From a virus (Duplodnaviria > Caudoviricetes): a DNA stretch of 25,705 nt. The DNA lies in the IMG/VR virus record IMGVR_UViG_3300025848_000174, positions 1 through 25,705 of that record; one strand, given 5' to 3'. Shown here piece after piece: positions 24,827 to 25,705 of the stretch. The notes beneath the pieces were generated by a model. It searched no databases. It was not told the origin of the DNA and saw nothing but the letters and a program-made list of their open reading frames with translations. Each line of letters begins with the position of its first letter. The stretch's first letter is position 1. The position numbers and the translations under genes are program-made.

Positions 24827-25705
24827 ATGAAGATTTGCATCGTTTACAACGCTCACCCAACGGGTTGCAGTTTCTATCGCCTTGAAATGCCGAACGCTTA
24901 CCTTGGCGACAACTACCCGGAGTTCGATTACGTCTGCGTGGAAAATATCACGACCATCAGCGATGAAGGACTCAAGTCCATTGACCTCTTCCTGTTCAGC
25001 CGGCTTTGGTGTCAGGGAACCATGGAGCAGGTTGAGAATGTTTATAAAGCCCTGACGCAATACGGAGCGAAAATCATCCTTGACTTGGACGATTATTGGG
25101 TCCTTGAATCGGGCCACATCATGTACCGCCACTATCACCAAACCAAACTTGCAGACGTGATTCGCAAGCACATCAAATTGGCTGATTGGGTTACCTGTAC
25201 CACCGAACACCTTGCTGCCCGCATACGGCCTCTAAATGCGAATGTGAGCATTTTGCAGAATGAACCCTACGAGGCGTATCAGCAATTCATCCCCAACCCC
25301 GAAGAAGAACCCGACAAGCACCTCGTCAAGTTCGGTTGGTTCGGTGGGGCGCAGCACGGGGAGGATATGGAACTGCTCCGGGAATCTATGCAGCAGTTGA
25401 GGTGGGACGCAAACTTGGATGGCAAATACCGCCTCTATCTCGGAGGCTGGAACGACAACAACCCCGTGTACGAGGGCTACGAAAAGATAATCAGCGACCA
25501 AGGGAACAACCCGAACTATGGCCGAATCCAAGCAGCGGATATTTACTCCTACGTGGGGGGTTACAACTTCGTGAACGCTACCCTTGCACCTTTGCGAGAT
25601 ACCAAGTTCAACAAACTCAAGTCCGAGTTGAAGGTGGTCGAGGCAGGGTGGATGAACAAGGCCATCATCGCATCCGAAACCATCCCCTACACCGATGTAA
25701 TCAAG
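24827..25705 (+). CDS. GT-B fold glycosyltransferase (3' end truncated by the window edge)
   Basis: Open frame MKICIVYNAHPTGCSFYRL...ILDLDDYW...ADWVTCTT...FGWFGG...LAPLRDTKFNKLKSELKVVEAG; not listed in the ORF track. Confidence 0.82.
   Translation, partial: MKICIVYNAHPTGCSFYRLEMPNAYLGDNYPEFDYVCVENITTISDEGLKSIDLFLFSRLWCQGTMEQVENVYKALTQYGAKIILDLDDYWVLESGHIMYRHYHQTKLADVIRKHIKLADWVTCTTEHLAARIRPLNANVSILQNEPYEAYQQFIPNPEEEPDKHLVKFGWFGGAQHGEDMELLRESMQQLRWDANLDGKYRLYLGGWNDNNPVYEGYEKIISDQGNNPNYGRIQAADIYSYVGGYNFVNATLAPLRDTKFNKLKSELKVVEAGWMNKAIIASETIPYTDVIK

Noticed and set aside
1-25705. Integrase, repressor, DGR/retron reverse transcriptase, intron or intein, or stop-codon reassignment
   Set aside because: No such motifs seen; genes are uninterrupted, of expected size, and tile the window under the standard code using all three stop codons.

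Overview
This window is 25.7 kb of a tailed dsDNA phage genome (Caudoviricetes, probably a siphovirus). The host is most likely a Bacteroidota: promoters carry TAnnTTTG elements, start regions are A/C-rich with no Shine-Dalgarno sequence, and the primase-helicase is of the BT4734/VirE type. Gene order: partial metallophosphoesterase; an inverted two-gene endolysin unit; early recombination and replication genes (Rad52/Sak-like annealase, SSB-like protein, primase-helicase, iteron-rich putative origin, SF2 helicase, VRR-NUC nuclease); a mosaic small-gene region; a DnaA-C-like HTH protein and a sigma factor; terminase; a glycosyltransferase/methyltransferase cluster; a frameshifted tail chaperone; a tRNA-like ncRNA; tail genes; tape measure; protease, scaffold, capsid and tail tube; and a partial glycosyltransferase. 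No portal, integrase or repressor is recognisable. The most notable unexplained features are an RNA-level regulatory layer (an expanded tRNA-like RNA, a candidate sRNA antisense to early-gene start sites, a kissing-loop attenuator, a small pseudoknot and leaderless late-promoter motifs) and a probable virion-glycosylation system. All functional calls come from motif recognition by eye; no database searches were run.
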